In this document: positions 24,380 through 37,852 of the stretch, piece after piece
Position numbering within the stretch: position 1 is the first letter of the stretch
Layout of the letters: every line of letters begins with the position of its first letter
Assembly (NCBI RefSeq): GCF_036321535.1
Contig: NC_087462.1
Span: 15,562,001 to 15,626,000 of the forward strand
Direction of reading: 5' to 3'
DNA from: Camelus dromedarius
Lineage: Eukaryota
DNA: 64,000 bases
Position numbers and translations under genes: made by a program
The notes under the pieces: generated by a model
Told to the model about the DNA's origin: nothing
The model's input: the letters and a program-made list of their open reading frames with translations, nothing else
The model's database searches: none

Positions 24380-27300
24380 CTCTGAAATCAGATCACACTG
24401 CACTGTTCCTCTGCAGGGCTCTTCTCTCTTAACACAGTTGCAGGATGCATTAATAGATACAGCTATAACTCATTTATTTTCATGATTGTATAATGTGCCA
24501 CTATAAGAATATTAACACTTTATTCTTCTACTGTGGACATTTAGGTTGTTTTCCTCTTTTTTACTGACAGACAGTGTTTCCCTGATCTATGGCTGTGAAA
24601 CTATTTCTTTAGACTTCCTAGGAATGGAATTGGTAGGTGAAAAATCATAAGCATTTTCAACTTGACTAGATTTTGCCACCTTTCTCTCAAAAGCACTTAT
24701 AATAATTTACTTTCTCACTATTGTTGCATAAGAATTCTTACAAATTTGTATGTCTGCCGGTTCCTGAAACTGTCGGTCAGATTTAAGTTTGTCCATTTGA
24801 TAGGCAAATCCAGTTTAGTTTATCTTGTGTTTCCTAATGCTTAGCAAGATTCTGTATCATTTGTATACATATTCACATTTCACATGAATCTTCTGTGAAT
24901 TGCCTTTATGTATTTTATTATGTTTTTAAAGTTTTAAATGGATTTTATGAGTCTTTATTTGGGGCACAGAATATGCCTGACAGGTACTGTCTCTCTGTCT
25001 AGTTTACCTTTTGTCATTTAAGTTATGGTAACTTTTGACACACCCAAATTAAATTTAAAATTTAATTCAGCATGGTTCATCTTTCTGTCTCTTATTTTAG
25101 AAAGCCTTCCCTGTTCTGGGGAAATGACCAAGTCACTGTCTTAGAGTTAATTCTCTAGATGATAAAGTTTTGTTTTTGCTATTTTTAAATTTAATACATG
25201 TGAAATTTGGGCTCTATTTTGTGAGGTTGGGACCCATGTTCTAGCACCAATCCTGTTCATCTGCAATGACCTGTTAGACACTATTTCCAGACTTATTTCT
25301 AAAGCTGCACTGCCTCATGTGGGAGCCAGCAGTTACAGTAGCAGTGCACATTTAAGTTTAATTACAATTAAGCTACATTTAAAAATTCGGGTTCTCAGTC
25401 ACACTAGCCGCATTTCAGGTACTCACTAGCCGTATGTGGTGAGTCACTACTGTATCGGACATTGCAGATGTGCAACAGTTTCATTGTCACAGGAAGAGCT
25501 ATTGGACAGTGCAACTGAGGCTTTCAACTCTCTTAGCCTTAACTCACCCCTGCCTGCGCCTGGCCCTGCCACTACTCCAGCACCGCAGTGTTCCTATAAG
25601 CTTAATATTTCACAGCACAACTCATCCTCCCTTATTCTTATTTTTCAGAGATATCTTCTCTATTCTTGACTGTTCCTCTATACATTTACGGTATCATCTT
25701 TAGGGAACTTGATTGAAATTTTATGTGCTTATGCAGATATCTGGGCATAATTTATACCTTTATATCATTGCATTTCTAACCCTTGGTCAGGGGACACCTT
25801 CTTGTTAATTTAGAATTTATTTTTTTAGTTTTTATAATTTTCTCAACACATGTATGCTTTGAATAGCGTTAATCATAAGTATATCGAAGTTTATGTTACT
25901 GTTGTAAATTGTATTTTTCTTCTGTATCACCTGTTTATTGTTAATGTGTGGTAATACCATTAATTTTTATGTATTGATCTTAAATCTAGCCACCTCGCTG
26001 AATTCTTACTAAACTTATTTTTTTCTATCAAATCCCTTAAGTTTGCAATGTAGACAAACTTAGTACTTGTCAGTAAGGTCGATTTTGTGTCCTCCATTTC
26101 AATTCTTATGACCTCTCTGTTTTATTGCTTCACCAGAGATTTCTAGTACCAGGTGGGCTAGATTTTTTTAGAAAATGATGGTGCTAAAATTGAATATAGT
26201 TTTTGGGGATTTTTTAGTAGATGGCTTTTTATAAAGTTCAGAATATTTTTTATATTCCTGGTTTTCCTGAGTCTTTTATTTATCAATTGCTATTAAGTTT
26301 TGCCAAATTACTTTTTAATGCCTATGTTGTAATATTTTTCATTGTATCAATTGATATGTTAAGTTAAATTAATACTGCGCATTCTGATGTTAAAATGCTT
26401 TTGCATATCTGAAGAATGTCTAACTGATCATGAAGTAGTATTATTACTACTACTATTATTATTATTATATTGCTGGATCTGGATTCCTAACATTTTGCTT
26501 AGAGTTTTTTTCTGTATCTGAAAATAAGATTGGCCTGTATTTATCCTTTATCAGACACCCTTTGGTCTTACCTTTAAAAGCTGTGCTAACTTGGATGCAT
26601 TCGCTTGATATATGTATGACTGAGCTTGGAAAACATCTGTTCCCTTCGCTGAAAGACTTTGTGCTTAAGTTGTGAGTCATTCCTTGTGTATTTGTTAGAA
26701 ATTATCATCCGTGCCTTGTGTGTTACTTTTCTGGGTATGTTTTTAATTTACTGATTAAATTTCTTCGGTAGTTAAAGGTCTTTTGATACTTTCTATTTCT
26801 TCTTAGTTACATTTGGTAAGTTACATTATTACAGGAAAATTATATTTTTGTTTGTTTCCCAAAGTATAATTCTCTTATCGTTTGAATTTCTGCTGGGCTT
26901 TTATCCCTAATCTTAACTTACTTTGCCCTTAAAAAATTATTTGACTAACCCTCTAAGAAGTGTGTTTATTTTTTAAGTCTTTATTGAGAACTACCTTTTG
27001 GTTTGGTTGATCATTACTAGTCCATCTTTCTATTTTCTTGTATTATTATTCTTTTTTTTTAATGTTTTCTGTAGAATTGTCTTTATTTTCCTTTGAATTT
27101 TTTCTGTTTGTTTTCTAATTTCTTGAGTTGGATAAATGCTTAGACCATGATTTTTCAGCATTTCCTCACTCTTAACATAAAGGCTCTGTTTTTTTTTTGT
27201 TTTGTTTTTTTTTTTTTTTTTTTTGGTAATAATAGCTACCTACCTTTATCCCATAATTATTTATAATATTATTCATTTCTAACTATTTATGATTCTCATT

Positions 27301-28110
27301 TTGATTTCCCTCTTAATGCACAATGTATTTAGAATAATGTGTTAAAGTTTCCAAAACATAGTTCTTTTTTTTCAGCCTTGATTTTATGCAATGATAGAAT
27401 GTTGTCCGTGTGATTCTGATGCTTTTAAATGAGCTGAGATTTGTATTATAGCTTAGAATGCTTTTGCTTTTCTATGTATGTTTGAGCGGAGTCTGTGGTA
27501 TCACTATTGAGGACAGTGTCCTAGTATACATCCATTTGATTGAGCTGAATATATAGGCCATTAAAGTGTATCTGTCCTTACTAGATTTTTTTTGATTTCT
27601 TAATTTTTTGTTCTGTTTGATAAAGAAATTAATAATAGAGATGTGTGAAAATCCCCCTTTATGATTGTGGGTTTGTCAAATTCTGTACATTTTTCATTAC
27701 ATTTTGAATGTGTTATTAGGTTTATACAATTTGGAATTCTTTTACCTTTCTAGCGAATGGAATCTTTTGTCATTAGACAGTACCCCCTCTTTATTTATAA
27801 GGATGTTTTTAACCTTATAATTTATTGGTCTGTTGCTAAAATAGTTACAAAGTTTCTTGTAACTAGTATGGGCATGAACTTTCCTCATTTATCTTCAATC
27901 TTTCCATATCCCTGCTTAGCTGATAAAAATTGGGAAGTACATAGAATTTGTGTGTGTGTGTGTGTATTTTAGTTCATTTCGTCAATCTCTGTATATTTTC
28001 CTGTGATTTAAATTCAGTTTATAGTTACTCTGATTGCTTATAATGGTTAACTCATTTTACCATCGTATTTTATGCTATTTTTCTCCTTTTTAATTCTCTT
28101 TTCCTATATT
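24380..28110 (-). mobile_element. Old, heavily decayed L1ME (3' UTR to ORF2 start), interrupted by MER3
   Basis: T-rich strand with L1 landmarks: ggacatttaggttgtttt, ggaatggaattgg, ttttctaatttcttgagttgg, ttgtcaaattct. Confidence 0.75.
25299..25518 (-). mobile_element. MER3 (hAT-Charlie MITE)
   Basis: gctgcactgcc...aaaaattcgggttctcagtcacactagccgcatttcaggtactcactagccgtatgtgg...ctattggacagtgc; inverted termini. Confidence 0.85.
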
Positions 28111-28130
28111 TTATTTAATGGATCCATTCT

Positions 28131-28335
28131 TTCATTCATTCATTCATCCAAAATAATTTATTAAGTGCCAAGTGAATGCCGGACACTACCTTAGCTGTTT
28201 AGAAAGTAGCAGTGAAAACTCCTGCCTTCAGGGAGCTTACAATGGGATGGTGACAGACAATAAACATGTAAGTAATTATAGGATATTATTTGTCAAATGT
28301 GATAAGCAGTAAGGAGAAAAATAAAGCAAGAAGTT
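28131..28335 (-). mobile_element. L2 3' end
   Basis: (ttca)n tail, atttattaagtgcc...tgccggacact...ctcctgccttcagggagcttaca. Confidence 0.8.
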
Positions 28336-31300
28336 GTCAGTATGTAGGATGATGATTAGCCACGTAATTCAAGATCTTAAGAGGAAAAAGGGGCAGTGAT
28401 TCAACGACAAAGTTTCAGGCTAATGCATAGACATAGACTTGGCAATTTACTTTGACGTAACATGAGGGGAAAAAAAAGATCTCTTGTTCTGATCTCCATT
28501 TACCTAGTCTCCCTCATTTTAATAATAACATGATAAAGTCCATCCATTCAGTCCTTGTATTGTCTTGAGCATTTCACATAGGGAGGTGATGACTGGCCCC
28601 TCTGTCAGTTCTTTAAGAATAATTATGAATTTTCCTGGATATCACTATCTCTCCTTTGGTCAGGGTCTGTAATTTCAGAAATTAGAAATAAGATTTCATA
28701 AAATATGCCCCAGATCTGTATCATAGGAAAACTACAAGTGTTACTGGCATTCTGCTAATAATTATGATGAATCACCTGAAATGCTGTTAACTCAGTCATT
28801 TCACCTTTAAATCATGGACCTTTCTTAGAGGCTGGCCTTATTCAAGTCCTAATAATGTACTTGTAATGTTCAGGTCTATTGCTTACTGTGATTATTCCAC
28901 ATATTGTTTAAAAACATTTTAGCTTGGTTTTCTGAAAAGTGATAATGCCTTATGTCTTAAAATGTCTTTTCTTCTTTATTTGTGCAATGTGATTTTCCCC
29001 CTGTCAAGCATCAAGCAGTGTTACTTACTGGTAGGTTAGAAAAAATAAATAGGTGCATTAAATACACAGGGAATACTATCATTTTAACAGACAGAAGTAT
29101 GTATTTGACATTTTATATTTTGTCACTTGATCTTCCCAGATTGATTTATGACAGACAATAAAGTTGTCAGAGGCCTTTTGTAGTTGGCAATGTTTTAGTT
29201 CTCAAATTATGAGAGCAGAGCGTTTAGCTGTACAAGGAGAAGAAAGTAGTTCTTTGACTGATTTGAGTGAAATGACAGTTTTTTTCCTAAGAATAAGGCT
29301 TAGTACCACGAGACGAGGGTATTGCTACCTTCTTAGCAATGAAAAATCTTATTAAAAGATCATCTCTGTCACATAGAATGTGGCCATAATGTGTGGTCAC
29401 CTTGGCTACCAGAGTTAAATCTGTTTAGAAAAATGGAAAAAGAGGAAAGGAGAAGTTCAACATAGTTTCCACATAATAAAAAGTATTTGCCCTTGGAAAA
29501 TTGTAAATATCTTATTTCTCTGGTCTGAATTATCTAGAACATTGTGTTACCCTATCTCAGGTGTCCTGAACACACTCAGAACCGCAGTCATTTCATTTTC
29601 TTTCTCTGAAATTATTTTGTTTTTGAGCAAGGTAGATATTTTATGTCTGCTACATTTACAAATAGGAAGGAAGGAAGGAAGGAAGAAAGAAAGAAAGGGA
29701 AAATCTCCCATGAGATCCTTTTTTGCCAGATTTTATCAGAATGAGAATATTCTAATACAAGTAGTGAGGACCTGATCTAGGAAAATCAGAACACGCTGAG
29801 GGTCCACAGAATGCTTGCACTAACACCAATTTATTAGAAGCTGTCAGATTGCTTCGCAGAAGTAACAGAAATGCTGAGGCATTAACAGACAACACTTGGC
29901 ATATGAGAAAATGATCCTTTAATTCTTCAGGATGAAAAAGAGGAGGGTCAGAGGCCATCATCATGGAAAATCTGAAGGCAATTAAATTTTTCTTATTATG
30001 AAGGTTAACAATACGCTAAAAATTTCTTCTGTATCTCATTTTACTAAAATTATCTTCCTCTCAGGCTGCAGTCACATTAGAAAATTTCTCCAACCCCATC
30101 CTCAAAAAAAAAAAAAAAAAAAAACAAAAACTAGAGTGGGGATTAAGGAGATGAAAGGGGAGGTTACTTTTGTTTTTATATGCAAGGAACATAATAAGTA
30201 ATTATGAAGAAAAAGAAATTTAGTTGTTTTACCAACTCCAGAGGAAACTGGATCTTGGCAGTCATGGAACAGTCCCATGATACCTTATAAATTAACCAAA
30301 ATTGAGAATATCAGTGAATATATCCTGGCTAGTTCTTACTCAATTATTATATTCTGCCCTTATAAATTTCTGTTAAGGATTTTCAAACATACGATGTTTT
30401 CCCTCACTTAAATCAAGCTTTCTCCTGTGATTCTTCCACCAGAAAAGACTGAATTTTAATGGTCGCAGGTATCATTTGCTTCTCACAGTTGTCTTGTGTA
30501 GCACATGTGTTAGAACACTCATCGTGACAGTGTCTGAACACCCTCACCACGCTAGTATAAATGTGCTATTGTCTTCTAACAGCATAGAATATTTACCTTT
30601 ACCAGAAGAAGTTAATACTCATATTATCCCAAAACTCCGAGCATGTAAGATGAAGTTGAGAACATTTGTTCCTTGCCTGTTGACATGTCATATACAACCA
30701 TTTCCTGCTACAGTTCAACGTAGACCTAGACAGGAGGGTTGTCTTACTCATTCTGCACACAGTATTAAGTGTATTGTAAACTCCATCCCAGGTGGTTACA
30801 ATCTTGCTTTTTAACTGACATATATTTTTTCATTTATATTTAGTGTCCTTGTTGATATATTTGTATTTAAATATAATATTTTGTTACTTGTTGTCTAGTT
30901 TTCCCAACTCTTCTTTTTTTTTTTTTTCTCTTATCTTTCTCTTGGAATAATCAAACATTTTTTTAATAATTCATTTTATTTTAAAGCCTTTCAGTGATTA
31001 CCCTAGAAATTACAATGCATTTTTTTTAATTACTAGCATCCACCTTAAAGTAATGCTTTTATAATTTTCTGTATTTTTAGAACCTTATAATACCTTAACT
31101 CCATTTTTAACCCTGCTCCTTTTTGTGCTATTTTATTCATGTATTTTAATATGTTTTAAACACACAAGAACTACTTAATTGTTTTAAGAATTCAATATTC
31201 ATTTAGATTTAACACATATATACCCTTTTAGTTTTCTTTATTTCTTCCTGAATTACTGTTTGCATCTGGGATTGTGTTTCTTTTGCCAGTGTAAATAACT

Positions 31301-31654
31301 TCAGTATTTTTTGAATATGGTTCTGTTGGTGACAAATTCCGATTTTTGTTTGAATGAAAATACTTATATTTTAGCATAATTATTGACTTTTTTGTTATAG
31401 AGTACTAACATGACAGAATGTTTTTTAGCATTCTTAAATAGTTATTCTATTGTCACTTTTCATAGTTTCTTTTGATAAATCACCCAGAGGCTTATTTCTT
31501 CTATGAAAACAATGGATCTTTTTCCCCCTATGGCTGCTTTAAATATTTCTTCTTTGTATTAGATTTCAAAATAAAAAAAAATTTGCTTGGGATTTATTGC
31601 ACTTCTTCAAACTATGACTTTATATATGTCAATGTTGGAATAATTTTAGCCAGT

Positions 31655-32084
31655 ATCTAGTTCTCACAAAAAGCAAACACCAAGACAAAATTACGTGCAA
31701 GAAATGTATTAGAGAAAAGGTCTGTGAGAGAAAATAGTAAGGATCCAGAAGAAGGTAGATGATCTATCGGACAATTCATGTCTGATCCTGAGTAACGGAG
31801 AAAGAGGAGGAAGTTTGAGTGACAGCATCTTAGACTGCAATATAGTCCTAAGAACAGCTTGCCAAGGTCATTGGACAGTCCTTGAGCCACAGTCACCCAG
31901 AACAGACTTGTGTCTTCCAGGAACATGCCTGTCTTAGTATTCATACAGGATATACTCTTTGTCTGGGAGCAGCCTATAAGACTTGTGGTCTTGGCACCAA
32001 CAGGGTGATGTTTTCAGATGAGTTGTATGCCTGTTATGTTCCCTGCAGTCATAGATCTGAGAGGGATTTTCTCATGTCACCACA
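31655..32084 (-). mobile_element. LTR16-family (ERVL) LTR
   Basis: gtctgatcctgagt...tcttagactgc...gtccttgagccacagtc...caggaacatgcctgtcttagtat...gatctgagagg..ttctcatgtcaccaca. Confidence 0.75.
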
Positions 32085-32120
32085 GTATCTTTTCAAACAC
32101 TACTTATGCTCTATTCTCTC

Positions 32121-32697
32121 TGTGGTGAGTAGCCTCTAAGATGGTTTCCAGTGATACTTTCTTGGTTGATTATGATGTTATATATTTCCCTCCCTTTGAG
32201 TGTGGGAAGGACATAGTGATCTGTTTCTAACGAATAGAATATTGTCAAAATAATGGCAGGTCACTTTGCAGATGAGACTATAAATAGACTATGGCTTTGG
32301 GCTTCCTCTGTCTCTGTCTTACTTCCTCTTTTAGAAGTCAGCTGCCACGGTATGGGGTGTGAGTTTCCCTATGGAGAGACCCACGTGGCAAGGAACTGAG
32401 TCATTTCCAGCCAATACCTGGAAAAGAACTATATCTTTTAGTCTAAAAGCCCAGAAGGAATGGAATTCTGCCAGCAAACATACTTGCAAGCAGACTCTCT
32501 CTCAGTCAAATTTTCAGATGAAACTGCAGCTCTGGTTGTTAGTGTGACTGAAATCTAACTACGGACATTAAAATAAGGGCCTCCAGCTAATTCTTGCCCA
32601 GATTCCTGATCCATAGAAATTTTGAGATAAATACTTGTTGTCATTAAGCCACTAAGTATTGCAGTAATTTATTACACAACAGTAGGGAACTAACACA
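32121..32697 (+). mobile_element. MLT1F/G-like MaLR LTR
   Basis: tgtggtgagtagcctctaagatgg...ggagagacccacgtggcaaggaactgag...cccagattcctgatccatagaaa...aactaacaca. Confidence 0.85.
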
Positions 32698-33689
32698 TCC
32701 TCTTTCTTCTCCTCTGGAATGTAACTTATGCATAGACTAGACCTTTCAAGCATGTCTTAGGTGTTTCCTACTCTGTTTAAAAAATGTCCTTCAGTGTGCC
32801 TCAATATAAATATCTTCTATTGATTTATATTTTATTTTACAAATCCTCTCTTCTGCTATATCTAATCTGATGTTGGATAATTCACACTTGAATTCTAGTT
32901 TCTTTTTGACTTTTATATTGATTCTGTTCATCCTGTTAAAAATCTACATTTTTTAACCTATTTTTGATATATATTAATCTTTGCAGTTTAAATCCCTGTA
33001 TCTGATACTCCAATATCTGGGTCACTTGTGGTTTCATTTCTGTTATCTCCTCCCACCCCCACTTCATCACTTGGTTTGGTACATGATATTCTTCATAATT
33101 TTTTAATTGAATTCTGATCTCTCATGCTCATGGACAAAATGTTTCTTCAGACTGTCATTACACGTATGTTTAAATATTCAATGAACCTTTTTGGTATTAA
33201 CAATGCACACTATTTTGTAGAAGCTTATCCTCCTGTTTTAAATAACCAAAATCACAGTCTATCTAGATTGGCATAAATGTATCAATCACTACCTAGGTAA
33301 ATGGAATCAAATGATGTAATGCTTATACACAAGATGGAATAAAATTGGGGTTTATGTAAACGATAGTGGGTGACATTTAGTTATTACTAGTAATGGTAAA
33401 AATAAAATGTACAGCATTTTAGATGCTCTGTGTTATTTTATCAGATTTCCCAGTGTACCACAAAGAATGCCGTGCAGCAAAAGATCTCCATCCTTATTAT
33501 ATCTCTAGCACTATTTGGTTTGTGTCCTTGAACATTATATATAACTTAGTCTTCTTATTTTTTATCTGTAACATTGCACATTCTCTAGCATAACCTTCAT
33601 AAATGTTAGAGTGAGAAACTGACTTTACAAGAGAAAATGGGATTAAAAACAATACATCACTGGATTTCAGCCAGACTGAGAAGATATTA

Positions 33690-33945
33690 AGGCAGCATAG
33701 TTATAAGTATGGATTTTGAAGTCACGCAGCCAATTTTGAGTGTTGATTTAGTCATTTACTACATCATGGTCTTTACAAGTCATTAGAATAATGTGTGCTT
33801 TGGTTTGCAAATCTGTATAATGGGGATGATGATGATGATAATAACAATAAAAACAACAACAACAACAATAATAATATCTATCTACCAGGGTTATTTTGAA
33901 TAAATAAGATAATTCATATGAAGTAATTAGAATACAACATTGTAA
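33690..33945 (+). mobile_element. MIR with an internal (GAT)/(AAC)/(AAT) expansion
   Basis: ggcagcatagt...aaatctgtataatggggatgatg...tatctaccagggttatt. Confidence 0.7.
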
Positions 33946-34399
33946 AATGATTATAAATCAATAAAAATGTTTTTAAAAAGTAATTAGAAAATGCTGAAAC
34001 TTCAAAAATGTAATCATTTGATATAATGATATAGCTATTATTATCAACATCATTATTATTATTATTATTATGTGCTTAACTATTTCTTGGGGCTGAAAAA
34101 AATTCTTGAATATAGTTAATTATAAAAGAAAAGGAGATTGTTCTAAGTGGAAGAATGGCATAAGAGTATGTCTGTACTTCTGCATTGATTTCATTGTTCT
34201 AAAGCAAGAAAAAGGACCCCGCCCAGGCTATGATGTAAAAGGTCATAAGAGCCGTTCTAGATATCTCAGTAAAACCTAACTAGGCTCATGTCTGCATTTT
34301 TGCCTTTCTGTCTCAAGACATCTGCACCTCACAGGTTATGCAATAACTATATGCTCCATCCCAAGCTGCATCTGGTTTTTCTGAACTATATTGAATGAA

Positions 34400-34730
34400 C
34401 GGTGACAGGTTCACTCATACACCCTTTCCATTTGCAGAGCGAGATGCCCGCAAATAGTGCACTACCCATCATTGATTACCTAATTACACAATCAGCCCAT
34501 CAGTAAATCAGTGCAACATCTGTGACCCTGTATGTCACCACCACAAGCCTCTCTGTCTATTCCCCTGGAGCCTCACTGAGGCGGTTCTGCTGACATAATA
34601 TATTCATTATCCATTAGATCTGGCACACGCTCTGCAGTGCTCAATTACAATACAATCGAGCGAAGGGTCTGGTGTCAGCCAATGTAATGACTTTCTGATT
34701 ATCTGTCTTTAAATGATGAATGAAACGAAA
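34400..34730. promoter_or_regulatory. Candidate conserved non-coding enhancer
   Basis: Unique sequence with raised GC and retained CpG; TGATTTAC (PBX-HOX) on the minus strand at 34503-34510; TGACA (MEIS) at 34403, 34591 and 34673; TAATTA. Conservation not measured. Confidence 0.4.
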
Positions 34731-36599
34731 ATGTACTGCTCAAACCAAATATAAGATTGTTAGGATGCCAAATGAAAGTTGTATGTAGCCTTTTTTATGG
34801 GAAAATGGCAGAGGCTTGCTTTTATTCAGCAGTCGCTCCCTAAAGATGGTTTTCCAAGTCGTTCCCACGTCTCAGTTATAAGATTACTATGAACCCACAG
34901 AATTTGTCTTAAATTGACGTTTTGGGGCCATCACAACACCCTTTGACCAAGGATTTAATTCACAAGAACTTTCAAATGCTTTTGCACTTGCCTAGTTTTT
35001 CGGCTTTCCTTGCATAAACTGACCTCTCAGTAATATTCTTACTGCTTCTAGTTTGTCAACTGGATCGGATTATTTTTTTGAGCTGTTTTTGTCTCATGGA
35101 GAGCTGTAAAATAATTAAGCAGATTGATACATAGACAGACGTTTAAAAAAACATGCCAGGATTATAAATAAGTGGGAGACTCAAAAACATTTTGTTGTTC
35201 AAATAATTATGAAGCAGGTGTTTGATAGTACAGTCATTTCTGTTTCTGTTTATGTCTTTAGTTATTATTCTGTTAATTATAATTGAAAATCCAATAAAGC
35301 TTCATATTGGAGCGCTCACAAATCTGACTTATATTACAGCTTCTTAGTTTATTCCTTTAAATAGAACACATTGGACTTTGGTTATAAAATAGTTTTTAAA
35401 ATCCAATCCCCTTCCCAATTCTTCAAATCTTATATAATAATTGAGCCTTTTGAAATATACCAGACAAGAAAGAAACATAAATGTATTAATTTTCCATGTC
35501 ACAAATAGGCTTACAGAATTTTTTTTTTTAGGTATCCGGAAAGTTCCCAAAGGGACCCCACCATTTATATAGCTATTTAAGCTGGGGGCAAATCCCTTCC
35601 ACATTCTGTGCTTCAGTTATGTAAAGACTTTAAAGAAAATATGAGCCATTCAGAATTAGAATGTCTAACATAAACTTGAAATTTATCTTCTTACTTTAGT
35701 ATCCCTATTTGAGAAGCTGATCTGAAATTCAGCCTCAAGATTAAAATAGAGTTTGTTTTGGATCACATTTAATTAGAGCAAAGAGATAGACTTTGTGCTT
35801 GTGGGAGACTGATAACTCCGGACATAAGGGATTGACAGCTCAGTGACCAGTGAGAATAATTTGAGAGGTGATGTCCTCCCTATTTGTTTTTATTTGCAAT
35901 GGAATTAAATCTACTCTAGAGTGAAGAAATGTGCGTGTGTCTACAAGACGTTCCCAGTCCTAGTATCGTAACTGCCTTCTTATCTTTTACTGTAAAGAAT
36001 GACTACACTAGGTATTGGTTAAATGTCTTGAGGCCGCTTAGGTAAAGTGAAAAAACAAGAAACAATGGTCTCTAAGTGCACTGTTCAAATGAGCTCACTG
36101 ACTGATTAAGTACATCTCAGCATTCCTGACGTGGAAACTTTAACAAGAATCTTATGAGCTTATGGTTTGTAGAGATAGGGTAGGTAAATACTGTTTTTTC
36201 ATTTTGTTTCCAGCCACAGTGGAAGATATTTAAGTGGAGACATATTAGAATCCCTAGAGAAATGTGACTTAATTTTAAGGTCATTGACTACTTTATTTTT
36301 ATTTCATTTGTTTATTTATTCAAAACAATAATACTAATTTGAAGGATATGCTGATTTTTATTTACATAATGAATGTAGTGGCAAGAAGGTCAAAACGTCC
36401 TCTTTGTAGACAGAATTTTCTTGGCATATGTTTTTTTAAAGAGTGGAGGTTTAATATAGCATCCTCGTCAGTGCCTCTCAACATACTGGCTAGGAAATAA
36501 ATACAAAGCATACAAAAATCGGAATCATGAATATGTTTTTCTTTTAATCACAGACATAAATACATGGGAAGGAGATAATTTAATTATATCGATAAAATG

Positions 36600-37092
36600 T
36601 CCAAGGTCATGTGAACTCTCACTTTCTGTCTCTAGGCTAGACGGAACACAAATTATTCTAGAAAGATATCTGCCTAATGTCAATAACTGTCAATTTAGGC
36701 TCCATGTAAAACTGCATCAGAGAAAAATATTTATATTTTTCATAGGAAAAGCAGTAGCGAGAGTATCTGCATCTTTCATGTCAGTTATTAGAGCTCCAGT
36801 TTCCACAGGATAATGCCAAGTGCTACCTGCATACACAGGGGTTTGTTATAGGGGAGGAACCCTGATCGTAGGGAACCCAAATCTTTTGTAATGGAAAGTA
36901 AGCATGCCTATCCATCATTCCAAAGGGAGATGCTCTCTCTCTCTCTCCTAAGGTCCTGAGGAATTCTCCCCTTTCTCCAGAAGAAAATATTGTTTCTGCA
37001 TTCCAAGGCTAATTGCTATACAAACACCTTTGAGAAGATACCCCAGAACAATAGCTTGTTCCCAGTCAGAACCATGAAGAATTGTCTCCAAA
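36600..37092 (-). mobile_element. LTR40-like (ERVL) LTR
   Basis: ggggaggaaccctg...agggaacccaaatctttt...gtaagcatgcct...ttccaaggc...gctatacaaacac...ccatgaagaattgtctccaa. Confidence 0.75.
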
Positions 37093-37209
37093 TGCCTATA
37101 TTTTCTAGAAAATAATAGTATTGCCTTTATTTTTGGCTTAAGAATTCATGATTTAAAGAGCACATTTACAAGCATTTTACATTTCTTGGACAGCACACCT
37201 CTGGGCCAG

Positions 37210-37430
37210 GTTTTACTAGACCCATTTTACAGATGAACACACAGATATTTAAATTTTCTAGCACCTCATAGTTTGTGGGTATATATTAATAGTTTGTATT
37301 AATAAAGCTGTTCATTTAAAAAGAAAAAAAAGGTTATGTAAATTTCTCCAGGTCCCATAGTAATAGCTACTGAAGCAGAGACCTCAATCCATGTCTTCTG
37401 CCTTCAAATGCATTATTATTTCCACAAGAC
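37210..37430 (-). mobile_element. MIR fragments
   Basis: cccattttacagatgaa...ccaggtcccatagt...ctcaatccatgtcttctgccttcaaa. Confidence 0.6.
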
Positions 37431-37852
37431 CAAAGCACTCCCTTCATCTACCATACTTTTTGGCAGCTATATATATGATTACATATATTTAATATATATA
37501 CATTTCATTTTAATCACAAGTCCAATATATTAGAAGGAGGTAATTCAATAACACCAATAAAATATCCAAGGTCAGATATATAACATCTGATACTTTATTT
37601 TACTATATGTAGACACTTAAGATCTTTTCTGTGTTTTTTTTTAAAAACTCTAACGGACCTGGGGAAGTCCCTATAAATGTTTTTTGCTACTCAGAAATTA
37701 AAGTGTAGAATTATCTTATAAATTCTTATGCTACCTTTAAAACAGACTTTGGAGGTCTCAGCACTCTATCCTTAGGTATAATTTCCATGTGTACACTGAT
37801 CTGATCTTGTTATAATGCAAAATATTCATTTAAATATTTTAATTAAGTTTCA

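Larger units (their letters stand above)
30470..33140 (-). mobile_element. Old L1ME (ORF1 and inter-ORF region), interrupted by LTR16 and MLT1
   Basis: gtgattaccctagaaattacaatgcat, ttattctattgtc, tctctgcttctgctatatctaatctgatgtt-like landmarks. Confidence 0.7.

Noticed and set aside
24380-33140. One L1ME split by a 2.7-kb captured insert
   Set aside because: 27990-28100 and 30810-30960 appear to cover the same consensus interval, which favours two independent copies
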